Assembly (NCBI GenBank): GCA_949286885.1
Contig: CASEEG010000125.1
Span: 123-64,122, forward strand
Length of the DNA stretch: 64,000 nt
DNA from: an uncultured bacterium
GTDB lineage: Bacteria > Cyanobacteriota > Vampirovibrionia > Gastranaerophilales > Gastranaerophilaceae
Direction of reading: 5' to 3'
In this document: in pieces, positions 10,017 to 20,259 of the stretch
Layout of the letters: the number at the start of each line of letters is the position of its first letter
Position numbering within the stretch: the first letter of the stretch is position 1
Program-made: the position numbers and the translations under genes
Notes under the pieces: model-generated
Seen by the model: the letters and a program-made list of their open reading frames with translations, nothing else
Database searches by the model: none
What the model was told of the DNA's origin: nothing

Positions 10017-10607
10017 TTATTTAGAAATGACAAAAACAGCTTCTTCAGTAAAGAAGTTTGTAATCGTCCTTATTAATATGCCACTTCTTACCTTTTTTCT
10101 TGTTAAATATGCTGTTTCTTCTATTTTTATTTTTCTTTTTTTGCAAAATTCATAAAAATCATTTATTGTTAAAAGGTGTATATTGGGTGTATTGTACCAT
10201 TCATACGGGAGAGCTTTACTCTTTGGCATCTTACCTTTAAAAAACAAATAGAATCTGATTTTCCAATATGCAAAATTAGGGAAACTCACTATAGAACGTT
10301 TTGCAACTCTCAGCATCTCCTCTATTACATATTCGGGATTATTTGTTGATTGCAGGGTTTGGTTTAATATTGCATAATCAAAACTATCATCAGGAAATTG
10401 TTTAAGACCTTTATCCAAGTCTCCTTGTATGATACTTAACCCTTTTTCCAACGCTTCAATAACGCAGTTTTCATCTATTTCTACACCTACTCCGCTAACT
10501 TGTTTTTTTTCGATAAGCATTTTAAAAAGTGCACCGGAACCACACCCAAGATCTAATATTTTGGATTTTTCCTTTACTAGTTTAACAATTACGCTATAAT
10601 TAAGCAT
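10017..10607 (-). CDS. metW: methionine biosynthesis protein MetW
   Basis: SAM-methyltransferase-like LDLGCGSGALF, typical MetW length, and position immediately downstream of metX. Confidence 0.9.
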   Translation of the reverse strand: MLNYSVIVKLVKEKSKILDLGCGSGALFKMLIEKKQVSGVGVEIDENCVIEALEKGLSIIQGDLDKGLKQFPDDSFDYAILNQTLQSTNNPEYVIEEMLRVAKRSIVSFPNFAYWKIRFYLFFKGKMPKSKALPYEWYNTPNIHLLTINDFYEFCKKRKIKIEETAYLTRKKVRSGILIRTITNFFTEEAVFVISK

Positions 10608-10608
10608 T

Positions 10609-11706
10609 TTAGCCTTTCAAAAAACTCTCTATAATTTTTGTTTGTTTCTCCCATTCAATTAAAAAAGCGTCATGTCCACATGAACTTTTTAGTTCTACAA
10701 AAGAAACTTCTTTGTTATTTTTAATCAAAGCATCAACCATTATTTTTGCTTGTTCTGTTGAAAAAAGCCAGTCTGAAGAAAATGAAATAATTAGAAATCT
10801 TGATTTTGTTTTCTCTAAGGCATTTTCAAGCGAGCCATATTTTCTTGCCGGATCGTAGTAATCTACTGCTTTAGTAATGTATAAATAGCTATTTGCATCA
10901 AACCTGTCAACAAAGATTCTGCCCTGATGTTCAAGATAGCTCTCTACTTGAAAATCTATCCCAAAATCAAACGATGGTTTGTCTTTAAAATCTCTGCCAA
11001 ATTTATTATGCATAGCTTCTTCACAAAGATAAGTAATATGTCCTACCATTCTTGCTATGCTCAAACCTTGTTCTGGATGTTCCCCGCTGTAATAATTCCC
11101 GTTATTAAAATTTTTGTCTGAGATTATAGCGTTTCTACCCACTGCGTTAAAGGCAATCCCTTGCGCAGTTAATCTTGGAGTGCAAGCAATTATTATTGTT
11201 GATTTGACCATATCAGGATATTCAATAGACCATTCAAGCGCCTGCATTCCGCCCATTGAGCCGCCAACGACAATAAGCTTTTTTACTCTTAAATAATCAA
11301 TCAATTTTTTTTGTACCTTAATCATATCATTGACTGTTATTACAGGGAAATCCAGTGCATATTCTTTCCCTGTGTCAGGATTTATTGATGATGGTCCTGT
11401 CGTGCCCTTGCATCCGCCTAAAACATTTGAACAAATGACAAAAAACTTTCTTGTGTCAAATGCTTTATTGTCGCCAATCATTGTATCCCACCAACCCGGT
11501 TTTTTGTCATCAGGTGTGTTGTAATATGCAGCATGGGCGTCAGCCGTTAGAGCATGTAAAATTAATATTGCATTATCGCCACTGTCGTTTAGTTTGCCAT
11601 AAGTTTCGTATGCAACTTGAATTTCTTTTAATTCTTTTCCGCATTCAAGTTTGACAGGTTCGTTTATTTTAAAATATTTTGTTTCAACAAGAATTTTCCC
11701 GCTCAT
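10609..11706 (-). CDS. metX: homoserine O-acetyltransferase
   Basis: Alpha/beta hydrolase with the GGSMGGMQALEW nucleophile elbow, ILHALTADAHAA and CGHDAFL. The metX-metW pairing supports the call. Confidence 0.93.
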   Translation of the reverse strand: MSGKILVETKYFKINEPVKLECGKELKEIQVAYETYGKLNDSGDNAILILHALTADAHAAYYNTPDDKKPGWWDTMIGDNKAFDTRKFFVICSNVLGGCKGTTGPSSINPDTGKEYALDFPVITVNDMIKVQKKLIDYLRVKKLIVVGGSMGGMQALEWSIEYPDMVKSTIIIACTPRLTAQGIAFNAVGRNAIISDKNFNNGNYYSGEHPEQGLSIARMVGHITYLCEEAMHNKFGRDFKDKPSFDFGIDFQVESYLEHQGRIFVDRFDANSYLYITKAVDYYDPARKYGSLENALEKTKSRFLIISFSSDWLFSTEQAKIMVDALIKNNKEVSFVELKSSCGHDAFLIEWEKQTKIIESFLKG

Positions 11707-11840
11707 ACGTTGGAATTATAGCATATCAAATTAAAGTTTATCTTATTGTAAACTTTAGTATAAATTTTGTAAAAAAAGCAAAAGTTTTTCTAAAGTGTGC
11801 CGATATTATAAACATAATAAAACACATATAGGAAAATTAT

Positions 11841-13124
11841 ATGGAAAACTTTAGAAACCATAACGGTGAAGGGCAAGAAAGCGGCATTTCAATATATTCT
11901 CGTTCAATAAATCTGCTTGATGATGATCCTTTAGAGGAAATCTTTGCACTTAATTTGGGTGATTTCTTGACAGAACACCTCATTAATCCTGAGCTTGCTC
12001 ACAAGATAGGCGATAAAGTTCGGGATAAGAATGAAAGTTTAAAAGAACAATTAAGAGAGCTTGTTTCCATATATTCAATTGACAACACACTCTCGCTTTT
12101 GGGATTTAAAAATAACGAAGATTATGTAATTTATAATTCTATTGCAAGAACAATTAAGCTCATGTTGTCCTTGGAAGAGTGTAATATTTACCTTTGTAAT
12201 AAGGGTGAAAATTTAAAACTTCGCGGAAACAGCGAGGAAAAAATCACTGAAAATATAGAAGATTATATTCTCAACTGCCATAGAGAAGAAAAAGATGTTG
12301 TTTTTGAAAAAAATGGCTTTCAAATAAGTGTTTTTCCCATGAAAAATAATTTTGAATGTATTGGATCTATAGAAGTTGTAAGAAAAATTGAGAAACCGCT
12401 TGAAGAACAATTTGCACAACTTATTAAAATTACCGCAGGTCTTTTTGTTACATCTTTAGGGTTGCAAAAATTAATTGATGAAGTTAACAGACTAATTGCG
12501 CAAAAAATTGTTTCGACTTCAGAACTGCAAAATTTAAGAGCGCAGCTAACTGCAATAATAGGCGATCTTGGTGATCAGCAGCAGTCATTTGTGGAAAAAT
12601 TGGCTTATGCAGTTGATTGTAAGGGTAAATACGAAAATAATCACTCCAGACGTACTGCCGAACTTTCAAGAGAAATATGTCATTACCTTGAATTGAATGA
12701 AAAAACAACGGATTTAATATACTATGCAGGTTTGTTGCAAAATATTGGAAAAATTACACTAAGTGATGATTTATTCTGTAAAAAAGAAAAACTCACAAAA
12801 GAAGAATGGGAAAAACTGCAAGAGCATCCAAATGCAGGTGTAAGTTTACTTATGAATATTAACTTTATGTCTGAAGTTGTTCCGTATATTCACTATCAAC
12901 GTGAACGTTGGAATGGGCAAGGCGCGCCTGAAGGCTTAAACGGAAACTCTATTCCCTTTGGCTCAAGGATTATTTCAGTTGCCGATGCTTACTGCGCATT
13001 ACTTGAGGATAGGCCTCAGCGTAGTGCATTAAGTTCCAAGGAAGCTCTTGAAATTCTGCACAGTGAAAGCGGAATAAAATGGGATCCTGTTGTGGTGGAC
13101 GCACTTATCAAATTAAAATCTTAG
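11841..13124 (+). CDS. HD-GYP-family domain protein with degenerate catalytic motifs and an uncharacterised N-terminal sensor region
   Basis: The C-terminal domain aligns by eye to HD-GYP (NHSRRTAELS..., EHPNAG..., RIISVADAYCAL). The HD dyad reads QN (12738-12743) and GYP reads GAP (12921-12929). Confidence 0.8.
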   Translation: MENFRNHNGEGQESGISIYSRSINLLDDDPLEEIFALNLGDFLTEHLINPELAHKIGDKVRDKNESLKEQLRELVSIYSIDNTLSLLGFKNNEDYVIYNSIARTIKLMLSLEECNIYLCNKGENLKLRGNSEEKITENIEDYILNCHREEKDVVFEKNGFQISVFPMKNNFECIGSIEVVRKIEKPLEEQFAQLIKITAGLFVTSLGLQKLIDEVNRLIAQKIVSTSELQNLRAQLTAIIGDLGDQQQSFVEKLAYAVDCKGKYENNHSRRTAELSREICHYLELNEKTTDLIYYAGLLQNIGKITLSDDLFCKKEKLTKEEWEKLQEHPNAGVSLLMNINFMSEVVPYIHYQRERWNGQGAPEGLNGNSIPFGSRIISVADAYCALLEDRPQRSALSSKEALEILHSESGIKWDPVVVDALIKLKS

Positions 13125-13146
13125 CATAAGTCAAAAATAGTTAGAC

Positions 13147-13178
13147 AACTCCCTTTTTAAGGGAGTTTTATTTTTTTC
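13147..13178 (+). terminator. Rho-independent terminator after the HD-GYP gene
   Basis: AACTCCCTT-TTT-AAGGGAGTT stem followed by TTATTTTTTT. It overlaps the stop codon of the convergent permease gene. Confidence 0.7.
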
Positions 13179-14709
13179 TGTTTTTATCCCTATGTGCAGG
13201 ATAGCCGTAAATGAAATATATTATTATACCAATTATAATCCAAAACGGGAAAATTATCGAAGATGTTTTTAGTGTTTTTAATGAGTAAACTATCAACCCT
13301 GCACAAAACATGATGCCCAGAATTGGAAAGAGTGGTACAAATGGAACTTTAAAGGGTCTTTTTCTGTCGGGGTCTGTTTTTCTTAAAATCAAGACAATAA
13401 TGCAAATTACAATAAAGGATGTAAATGTACCAAAATTACAAAGTTCCGCAGAAATGTTTAAATCCATGAACAAGGAGCCTATAATTACTATAAGACCGCA
13501 AATCCAGGTAAGCATGTTTGGTATTCTGGTTTTTCTATTGACCACCCTTAATGAACGGGGTAGAAATTTATCACGGCTCATGGCGTACAAAATCCTGACA
13601 GTTCCAAGTTGATAAACCAGTAAAACCGATGTTAAACCTGCAATAGCCCCTGCTGAAATAAAGCCTGCAAACCAGTCTTTGCCAACAAAATGCATAGCAT
13701 GTGCTATTGGAGCCTGAATGTCAATTAATTTATATGGCACCATACCTGTTAAAACAAGAGCTACTCCTATGTATAGAGCAGTACATATTGCAAGCGTACC
13801 TAAGATACCTATAGGGATATCTTTTTGTGGGTTTTTTGTTTCTTCGGCGGTTGTAGATATGGCATCAAACCCGATGTATGCAAAGAAAATTAAAAATGCA
13901 CCCATTACAACGCCGGAAAAACCGTTTGGCATAAATGGTGTCCAGTTTTCAGGTTGTACATATTGCGAGCCGACAAGAATAAATGTAGATATTATAAAAA
14001 GATTGATTGCAACCATAATTCCTGCAAAACGTGTAGATTCTTTCACTCCCTTTATTAGTATTAGTGTAAGTAGTACCACAATAAAAATCGCCGGAAGGTT
14101 TAGCGCAAAAGGTATCTTTCCAAACAAAAAAGGTACTTTGTCGTGTATATCAAAACCAAACCTGTCGCACATTACACTGATTGAGCGATAGTCATTTCTT
14201 AGCCAAATAGGAAAATGTGTTACAAAATCAGGCAAAACATGTTTAAAACCTTTTAAAAATTGTGCAAAATAACCACTCCAAGCACTTGCAATTGTTATAT
14301 TGCCAATTGCATATTCTAACATCAAAATCCAGCCAACGACCCAAGCCATAAACTCGCCCATTGTAACATATGTATATGTATAAGCAGAACCTGCGATTGG
14401 TATCATTGCGGCAATTTCAGAATAACATAAGGCAGAAAAAATGCTTGCAATGGCAGCCAAAACCATTGAAAGAATAATGGCAGGACCTGCTCCTGCTCCT
14501 TCAGGCCCTCCTACAATTGCACTTCCCACAATCGTAAAAATTCCCGTTCCCACAACCGCTCCTATACCGAGAATTATAAGGTCAAATGCACCAAGAGTTT
14601 TTCTCAGCTCGGATTTTTTTGCAGTTTCTATGACATCATCAACTGACTTTTTTTCAAATAAATTCGAAAAAAAATTTTTTAAATTTTGTCTTAATATAGT
14701 ATTATTCAT
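13168..14709 (-). CDS. APC-superfamily amino acid permease (CAT/YfnA-like)
   Basis: About 12-14 TM segments, with the conserved blocks GAFDLIILGIGAVVGTGIF, SAYTYTYVTMGEF and FAYIGFDAISTTAEETKNPQKDIP. Confidence 0.9.
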   Translation of the reverse strand: MNNTILRQNLKNFFSNLFEKKSVDDVIETAKKSELRKTLGAFDLIILGIGAVVGTGIFTIVGSAIVGGPEGAGAGPAIILSMVLAAIASIFSALCYSEIAAMIPIAGSAYTYTYVTMGEFMAWVVGWILMLEYAIGNITIASAWSGYFAQFLKGFKHVLPDFVTHFPIWLRNDYRSISVMCDRFGFDIHDKVPFLFGKIPFALNLPAIFIVVLLTLILIKGVKESTRFAGIMVAINLFIISTFILVGSQYVQPENWTPFMPNGFSGVVMGAFLIFFAYIGFDAISTTAEETKNPQKDIPIGILGTLAICTALYIGVALVLTGMVPYKLIDIQAPIAHAMHFVGKDWFAGFISAGAIAGLTSVLLVYQLGTVRILYAMSRDKFLPRSLRVVNRKTRIPNMLTWICGLIVIIGSLFMDLNISAELCNFGTFTSFIVICIIVLILRKTDPDRKRPFKVPFVPLFPILGIMFCAGLIVYSLKTLKTSSIIFPFWIIIGIIIYFIYGYPAHRDKNRKK

Positions 14710-16279
14710 TGTTTTCCGATTTTCTCTGTTTTTTATAACTGTATGTCAAATATATCAGTATTCCAAATCCAAGCCATAATGGAAAAAGAATTCTTGATGT
14801 GGTTAAAAATTGCATTGAATAAATCATTAGACCTGCACAACAAATCACACCCAAAAGAGGGAAAAGTGGTGAAAACGGGACTTTGAAAGGCCTTTTTCGT
14901 TCGGGGTCTGTTTTTCTTAAAATTAGTACTGCAACGCAGACAATTATAAATGAAGTAAATGTTCCAAAGTTACATAGTTCTGCTGCTGTTGAAATGTTTA
15001 AAAACAGCGTACCGAATATGCAGACAAAAGCAGTTAGAATTGTTATTATGTGGGGAGTTTTATATTTTTTATGAACCGATTTTAAAATGGAGGGCAAATA
15101 GTTATCTCTGCTCATTGCAAACAATATTCTTGTGCCTGCTAACATTAAGACCAAAAGTACAGATGTAAGACCTGTTAGAGCGCCAAGCGAAATTAAACCG
15201 GCAACCCAATCTTGCCCTGCAAGCCGCATAGCATGGGCAATTGGCGCATGCGTATCAATTTGATTAATAGGCACCATGCCCGTTAGCACCAATCCTACAA
15301 GGACATACACTATTGTACATACCGCAAGTGAGCCGATAATACCAATAGGCAGGTTTTTCTGTGGGTTTTTTGTTTCTTCTGCCGCAGTTGCTATGGCATC
15401 AAAACCAATGTAGGCAAAGAATATTATAAAGGCACCCATAAAAATACCTTCAAAACCATTTGGTGCAAAAGGTACCCAGTTTTCGGGTTTGACATAAAAA
15501 GCGCCGGTAAACACAAAAAGTGCAATTACGGCTAACTTAATTATTACCATAATCCCTGCCATGTTGGTTGATTCTTTTATACCCTTAATAAGTACTCCTG
15601 CCATAAAAATTGTTATTAATATTGCAGGTAAATTAAGAGATATTGGTATTCCCGCAAAAGTCGGTATAACGCTTGCAGGGTCTATTCCTTGTTTTGAGAG
15701 AATGCTTACCGCACTGCCATAATCGCTTATCAACCATACAGGCGGGTTTGTTATAAAAGCAGGTAAAAATGGAAAACCTTTCAGAAATTGTATTAAATAT
15801 CCTGTCCAAGCATTAACTACGGCTATATAGCCCACAAGATATTCTAACATTAGAACCCAGCCTACAATCCAAGCCAAAAACTCTCCCATGGTGGCATATG
15901 TGTACAAATAAGCTGAGCCGGCGGCAGGTATCATGGAAGCAAATTCACTGTAGCACATTGCTGAAAAAACACAAGCCAATGAAGCTAAAATCATTGATAA
16001 CACAAGCGCAGGCCCGGCCCCGACACTTTCGGGAGAACCTGCTGCTGCGATACCCACTACGGTGAAAATACCAGAGCCTATTATTGCTCCAACACCAAGA
16101 ATAATAAGGTCAAATGCACCAAGGGTTTTTTCAAGACCACCTTTGTTTGCATTTTCAATCATTTCATCAGGATTCTTGGTTTTAAACAAATTTTTTACAA
16201 ATTTGTTTAATGCTCCGACTTCTTTGATTTCGAATTTTTCTTCGCACGAGCTGTGCAAGTTGTTGTTAATCTCTTTCAT
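14702..16279 (-). CDS. APC-superfamily amino acid permease, tandem paralog
   Basis: Same conserved blocks as the downstream gene (GAFDLIILGVGAIIGSGIF, FAYIGFDAIATAAEETKNPQKNLP). The two genes overlap by 8 nt. Confidence 0.9.
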   Translation of the reverse strand: MKEINNNLHSSCEEKFEIKEVGALNKFVKNLFKTKNPDEMIENANKGGLEKTLGAFDLIILGVGAIIGSGIFTVVGIAAAGSPESVGAGPALVLSMILASLACVFSAMCYSEFASMIPAAGSAYLYTYATMGEFLAWIVGWVLMLEYLVGYIAVVNAWTGYLIQFLKGFPFLPAFITNPPVWLISDYGSAVSILSKQGIDPASVIPTFAGIPISLNLPAILITIFMAGVLIKGIKESTNMAGIMVIIKLAVIALFVFTGAFYVKPENWVPFAPNGFEGIFMGAFIIFFAYIGFDAIATAAEETKNPQKNLPIGIIGSLAVCTIVYVLVGLVLTGMVPINQIDTHAPIAHAMRLAGQDWVAGLISLGALTGLTSVLLVLMLAGTRILFAMSRDNYLPSILKSVHKKYKTPHIITILTAFVCIFGTLFLNISTAAELCNFGTFTSFIIVCVAVLILRKTDPERKRPFKVPFSPLFPLLGVICCAGLMIYSMQFLTTSRILFPLWLGFGILIYLTYSYKKQRKSENNE

Positions 16280-16298
16280 CCTTCAAGAATTTTCCAAT

Positions 16299-17174
16299 CT
16301 ACTTTTTAAGTAAAGGAAAACCTAGGCTCTCCCTTTGTTTTACATATAGTTGCGCAACAGCTGCTGCCATTGTTCTTACTCTGTTTATATAATTTACTCT
16401 CTCGTCTTTAGAAATTACTCCTCTTGCATCAAGCAAATTAAATGTGTGAGAACACTTTAAGACCCAATCATAAGCAGGCAGAACTATTTCCGCCTCAAGG
16501 GAAGAAAATGCTTCTGCTTCACAAAGGTCAAACATTTGAAACAATCTTTCAGGAGTTGAATATTCAAAATTGTATTTAGATTGTTCTATTTCATTTTGAA
16601 GATAGATATCTCCATATTTCAGTTTATTATTCCACATTACATCATATACTGAATTTACATTCTGAAGATACATTGCGATACGCTCTAAACCGTACGTAAT
16701 CTCCAATGCAACAGGTTTTACTTCTAAGCCTCCAACTTGTTGAAAATAAGTAAATTGTGTTATTTCCATACCATCGAGCCACACCTCCCAACCAACACCT
16801 GCAGCACCCAATGTCGGGCTTTCCCAGTTGTCTTCGACAAATCTCACATCGTGTTTAGTTAGATCTATTCCTATTGCTTCAAGTGATCTTAAGTAAATAT
16901 CTTGTGCATTGTCAGGAGAAGGTTTAAGTATTACCTGATATTGAAAATAATGACCTAAACGGTTTGGATTTTCTCCATATCTTGCGTCAGTGGGACGTCT
17001 GCAAGGTTCAATCATTGCAACACTATACGGCTCGGGGCCCAGTGATCTTAAAAAGGTTGCAGGGTTCATTGTAGACGCACCTTTTTCAATATCGTACGGT
17101 TGCTGAATAATACAACCGTTGTCCGACCAGTATTTTGATAAATTTAAAACAAGTTCTTGAAAAGTTATTGTCAT
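16299..17174 (-). CDS. glyQ: glycine--tRNA ligase alpha subunit
   Basis: Highly conserved GlyQ sequence ([39 protein letters not shown]). No glyS gene is adjacent. Confidence 0.95.
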   Translation of the reverse strand: MTITFQELVLNLSKYWSDNGCIIQQPYDIEKGASTMNPATFLRSLGPEPYSVAMIEPCRRPTDARYGENPNRLGHYFQYQVILKPSPDNAQDIYLRSLEAIGIDLTKHDVRFVEDNWESPTLGAAGVGWEVWLDGMEITQFTYFQQVGGLEVKPVALEITYGLERIAMYLQNVNSVYDVMWNNKLKYGDIYLQNEIEQSKYNFEYSTPERLFQMFDLCEAEAFSSLEAEIVLPAYDWVLKCSHTFNLLDARGVISKDERVNYINRVRTMAAAVAQLYVKQRESLGFPLLKK

Positions 17175-17268
17175 AATTTAAATTCTATTACAAGTGTATG
17201 ATTAACGCAATAAAGTTTTTGCAAACGTAATGCCAGACATTCTTTATTACGTACTATGCTTTTGATTA

Positions 17269-18303
17269 TTAAGCATTTTTATTATCGTAATCTATTCTGC
17301 CTATCAATTTGTTTAGTTTTTTTGTAATTTCTTTAAATTGATCAATATTTAAACTTTGTGCACCATCTGACGAAGCATGATCGGGGTCATGATGCACTTC
17401 TATCATAAGACCATGTGCTCCGGCTATAAGAGCTGCTTTGCCCATTGGTTCTATCAGATAACGTTTTCCTGTACCATGCGAGGGGTCAACTATTATCGGC
17501 AAATGAGAATATTTTCTTATAATAGGTACTGCGGCAACATCGAGAGTGTTTCTTGTAAAGTCATTGTCTATGCCCTTTATGCCTCTTTCGCAGAGAATAA
17601 CATTGGGGTTGCCATTGTAAACAACATATTCGGCAGCAAGTAGAAATTCTCTAATTGTGGCTGCCGGCCCTCTTTTTATCATAACAGGTTTGTCTATTCT
17701 TCCCAAGGCTTTTAGCATTTTGTAGTTTTGCATGTTTCTTGCGCCAACTTGTAAAATATCCGCATACTTGCACACAAGCGGTATGTCCATAGTGTCCATA
17801 ATTTCCGTTACAATTAAAAGCCCTGTTTCTTTTTTTGCTTGAGCAAGATATTCAAGCCCTTTTTCTTCCAAACCTTGAAAATCGTACGGTGAAGTTCTGG
17901 GTTTAAATGCTCCGCCTCTTAAGAATTGACACCCCATTTCTTTTACTGCTTTTGCAACTTTTAAAAGACCGTTGTAGTCTTTTTCCACACTACATGGGCC
18001 TGCCATTATTACTGGTTTTTCCAGACCGCCGAGCTTAACGCCGTTTTTAAAAGTTATGATGGTGTCTTCTTCTTTTGTGCTTCTGGAGACAAGCTTGTAA
18101 GGTTCCTGTATAACCTTTACTTCTCTTACACCTTCAAAAGTATTGATGCTTGTGGAATTAACTTTTGTTTTGTCCCCTAAAACAGCAATAACAGTGAGAT
18201 GCTCTCCCCTATTGATATTAACTCTTAAACCTTTTGATTGAATATAGTCAACAACTTGTTGTATTTGATCTTCGGTTGTTTTTGGTTCCATTACGACAAT
18301 CAT
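17269..18303 (-). CDS. aroF: 3-deoxy-7-phosphoheptulonate (DAHP) synthase, type I-beta with an N-terminal ferredoxin-like regulatory domain
   Basis: KDO8PS/DAHPS I-beta core ([28 protein letters not shown]) preceded by a ~70-aa ACT/FL-like domain. Confidence 0.9.
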   Translation of the reverse strand: MIVVMEPKTTEDQIQQVVDYIQSKGLRVNINRGEHLTVIAVLGDKTKVNSTSINTFEGVREVKVIQEPYKLVSRSTKEEDTIITFKNGVKLGGLEKPVIMAGPCSVEKDYNGLLKVAKAVKEMGCQFLRGGAFKPRTSPYDFQGLEEKGLEYLAQAKKETGLLIVTEIMDTMDIPLVCKYADILQVGARNMQNYKMLKALGRIDKPVMIKRGPAATIREFLLAAEYVVYNGNPNVILCERGIKGIDNDFTRNTLDVAAVPIIRKYSHLPIIVDPSHGTGKRYLIEPMGKAALIAGAHGLMIEVHHDPDHASSDGAQSLNIDQFKEITKKLNKLIGRIDYDNKNA

Positions 18304-18403
18304 GCTTATACTCCAACTTAGTACTGTTACAAAAAATAATTAAAACACAAAAATAGTATTCAATAAAATTTTTGTGTCCTATATTCTTTATAAAACTTAT
18401 TAT

Positions 18404-19303
18404 TTACTTATTCTGTGTTGCTTGGTTTTTGTCTTTTACCATTTTTTCTTTGATTATTTTTACAATTTTTCCTGCAACAGGCACCATAAGAACTGTTACT
18501 AAAAATCTTACAGTAATTGAGAATACTGTCAAAGATTTTGCTTTTTCGAAGCGTTTTGTATAGTCTTTAATTTTCATTCTGAATTCTTTTGATCTCATTA
18601 TGTCTTCTGCAAGATCTTCAATGGAGCCACCGTTTAGTCTGTTTAAAATATCCGGTGTATTATTTATTACGCCATCAAGAACTTGTTTGCCCTTCTTGAG
18701 ACATAAAGCAGCTTTAACCCTATCTAAAATTACATCGCTTCCCTTGTCTATTAAGGCTGCCATGGTTGAAGAAACTACCGTTACCGCAATGTTGTTAACC
18801 ATCAGCGGCATCTTGCGTTCTTCTTCTATTTTTTCTGATTTTCGTGTATTGTTAACATAGAAAAAAGTTATCGCAAAGGATGCTAAATCTGCCATTCTTG
18901 CAGATGGTTTTTTGAAATTACCAAGCCTTGACACAAGTTTTTTTGAAGTTTCACTGTTGCTTAAGCTACCTATTATGTAAGCTATGCCGTCGGTTATTTT
19001 ATCATTAGCATTTGATTTCCACTGTTTTACTTGTTTTATAAAACGCACATTGTTTATTTCTTTGCGTTTGTCGGATATCCAATTAAATGTTCTTTTTAAA
19101 AAGGCTGAGTTGTTAATAAATTCCAGCACTTTTTTTGAGACTCCGCTATCCGTTTCTTTTCCTGCTTTTGAAAATACATTTTCAAAAGACTTGTCTATCA
19201 TTGTTTTTATGGTTTGTTTAATACTTTCTTCGTATTTGTCCAACGAGGAAGCGCCTTTGAAGTTTATATTATTTTTGTATTGAACATTTATTGGTGTTAA
19301 CAT
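18404..19303 (-). CDS. hypothetical membrane protein (299 aa)
   Basis: Intact ORF with hydrophobic segments. The N-terminal NFKGASSL motif is shared with the upstream gene. Confidence 0.6.
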   Translation of the reverse strand: MLTPINVQYKNNINFKGASSLDKYEESIKQTIKTMIDKSFENVFSKAGKETDSGVSKKVLEFINNSAFLKRTFNWISDKRKEINNVRFIKQVKQWKSNANDKITDGIAYIIGSLSNSETSKKLVSRLGNFKKPSARMADLASFAITFFYVNNTRKSEKIEEERKMPLMVNNIAVTVVSSTMAALIDKGSDVILDRVKAALCLKKGKQVLDGVINNTPDILNRLNGGSIEDLAEDIMRSKEFRMKIKDYTKRFEKAKSLTVFSITVRFLVTVLMVPVAGKIVKIIKEKMVKDKNQATQNK

Positions 19304-20196
19304 TGCGTCATCTTTCCTGCTATTTCTTGAAATACTTTTTCGTCTTGACTTAGATTAATTTGTTTGGCTTTTATTTGTGCCTGAGCATTTTTTAATGCTT
19401 CTCGTTCTGCTTTTTTTGCTGCCTTTTTCTTGCCAAAAAGAAAATCTAAAAGATAAGGCATAAAAGCAATGGTAATTGCAGCTTTTGTTGGTGTGATAGC
19501 CATATCTGCCACTTTCTTATAAAAAGTTGAATATGCATCGGCCAGATCGCCGGCCATGACTTTTTTACCATTTTTCAAAACTTGAACAACCTCATCCCCA
19601 AATTCTTTTTTGTCAATAAGTCTTATATAGTCAGGGTCCTTTATATATCTTGGAAGATTTGCCACTACTTTTTTTACTCCCTTCGAAACAGGTGTAAGAA
19701 TTAAAGTAGACAAAAAGAAGCTTGTAATTGCGCCTACAATATTTTTTGTAGCTGCTGCCTGTTTGTCCTCTTCTTCGGCACCAGGCATTGCAAGTACGCA
19801 AATCGGTTTTAAAATACCTGCCAGAACAATATTTATTAGGTTTTCAAATAACGCTTCATTTTCATTTACAAGATTGAGAACTTTTTCGTTAAAGAAATTT
19901 GAATCCACAAGTTTAAAAGCCCAGCGGGTAGGTTTTTTTATACCTTTATATTCCCTTAATTGTTCATTTATGAGTTTATTAAGAGTTTTTTCTATTATTT
20001 TTGCACTATCCGTGTTTAAACTTGCAGACCCGCTAAAGTTTACACTCTTAGCGGGTCTGTTATTATACTCTACACCTTTTTCGTTTACACCGGGACCTTT
20101 ATGATAACGCGCTTCTTGCCCTGTCTTTTTCCTCGTTTTATGAAACGGGTACATAGAGCCTGAGTATAGACTAAAATTTGCAAGATACGCTTTCAT
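19297..20196 (-). CDS. hypothetical membrane protein (299 aa), distant paralog of 18404..19303
   Basis: Intact ORF of the same length with an NFSGSASL motif and about three hydrophobic segments. It overlaps the downstream gene by 7 nt. Confidence 0.6.
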   Translation of the reverse strand: MKAYLANFSLYSGSMYPFHKTRKKTGQEARYHKGPGVNEKGVEYNNRPAKSVNFSGSASLNTDSAKIIEKTLNKLINEQLREYKGIKKPTRWAFKLVDSNFFNEKVLNLVNENEALFENLINIVLAGILKPICVLAMPGAEEEDKQAAATKNIVGAITSFFLSTLILTPVSKGVKKVVANLPRYIKDPDYIRLIDKKEFGDEVVQVLKNGKKVMAGDLADAYSTFYKKVADMAITPTKAAITIAFMPYLLDFLFGKKKAAKKAEREALKNAQAQIKAKQINLSQDEKVFQEIAGKMTQC

Positions 20197-20259
20197 AGTA
20201 CCAGTATAAAGTAAAAAAATATTTTTCTTTGCTAGTATAAAAAAAATGATTTACATAAT

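Noticed and set aside
17175-17268. Possible T-box or riboswitch leaders upstream of glyQ. The same was checked upstream of metX (11707-11840), lysC (26476-26491) and queC.
   Set aside because: The gaps are too short (94, 134, 16 and 0 nt). I could not find T-box, SAM, lysine or preQ1 core motifs. Only a weak hairpin (ACGTAAT...ATTACGT) is present before glyQ.
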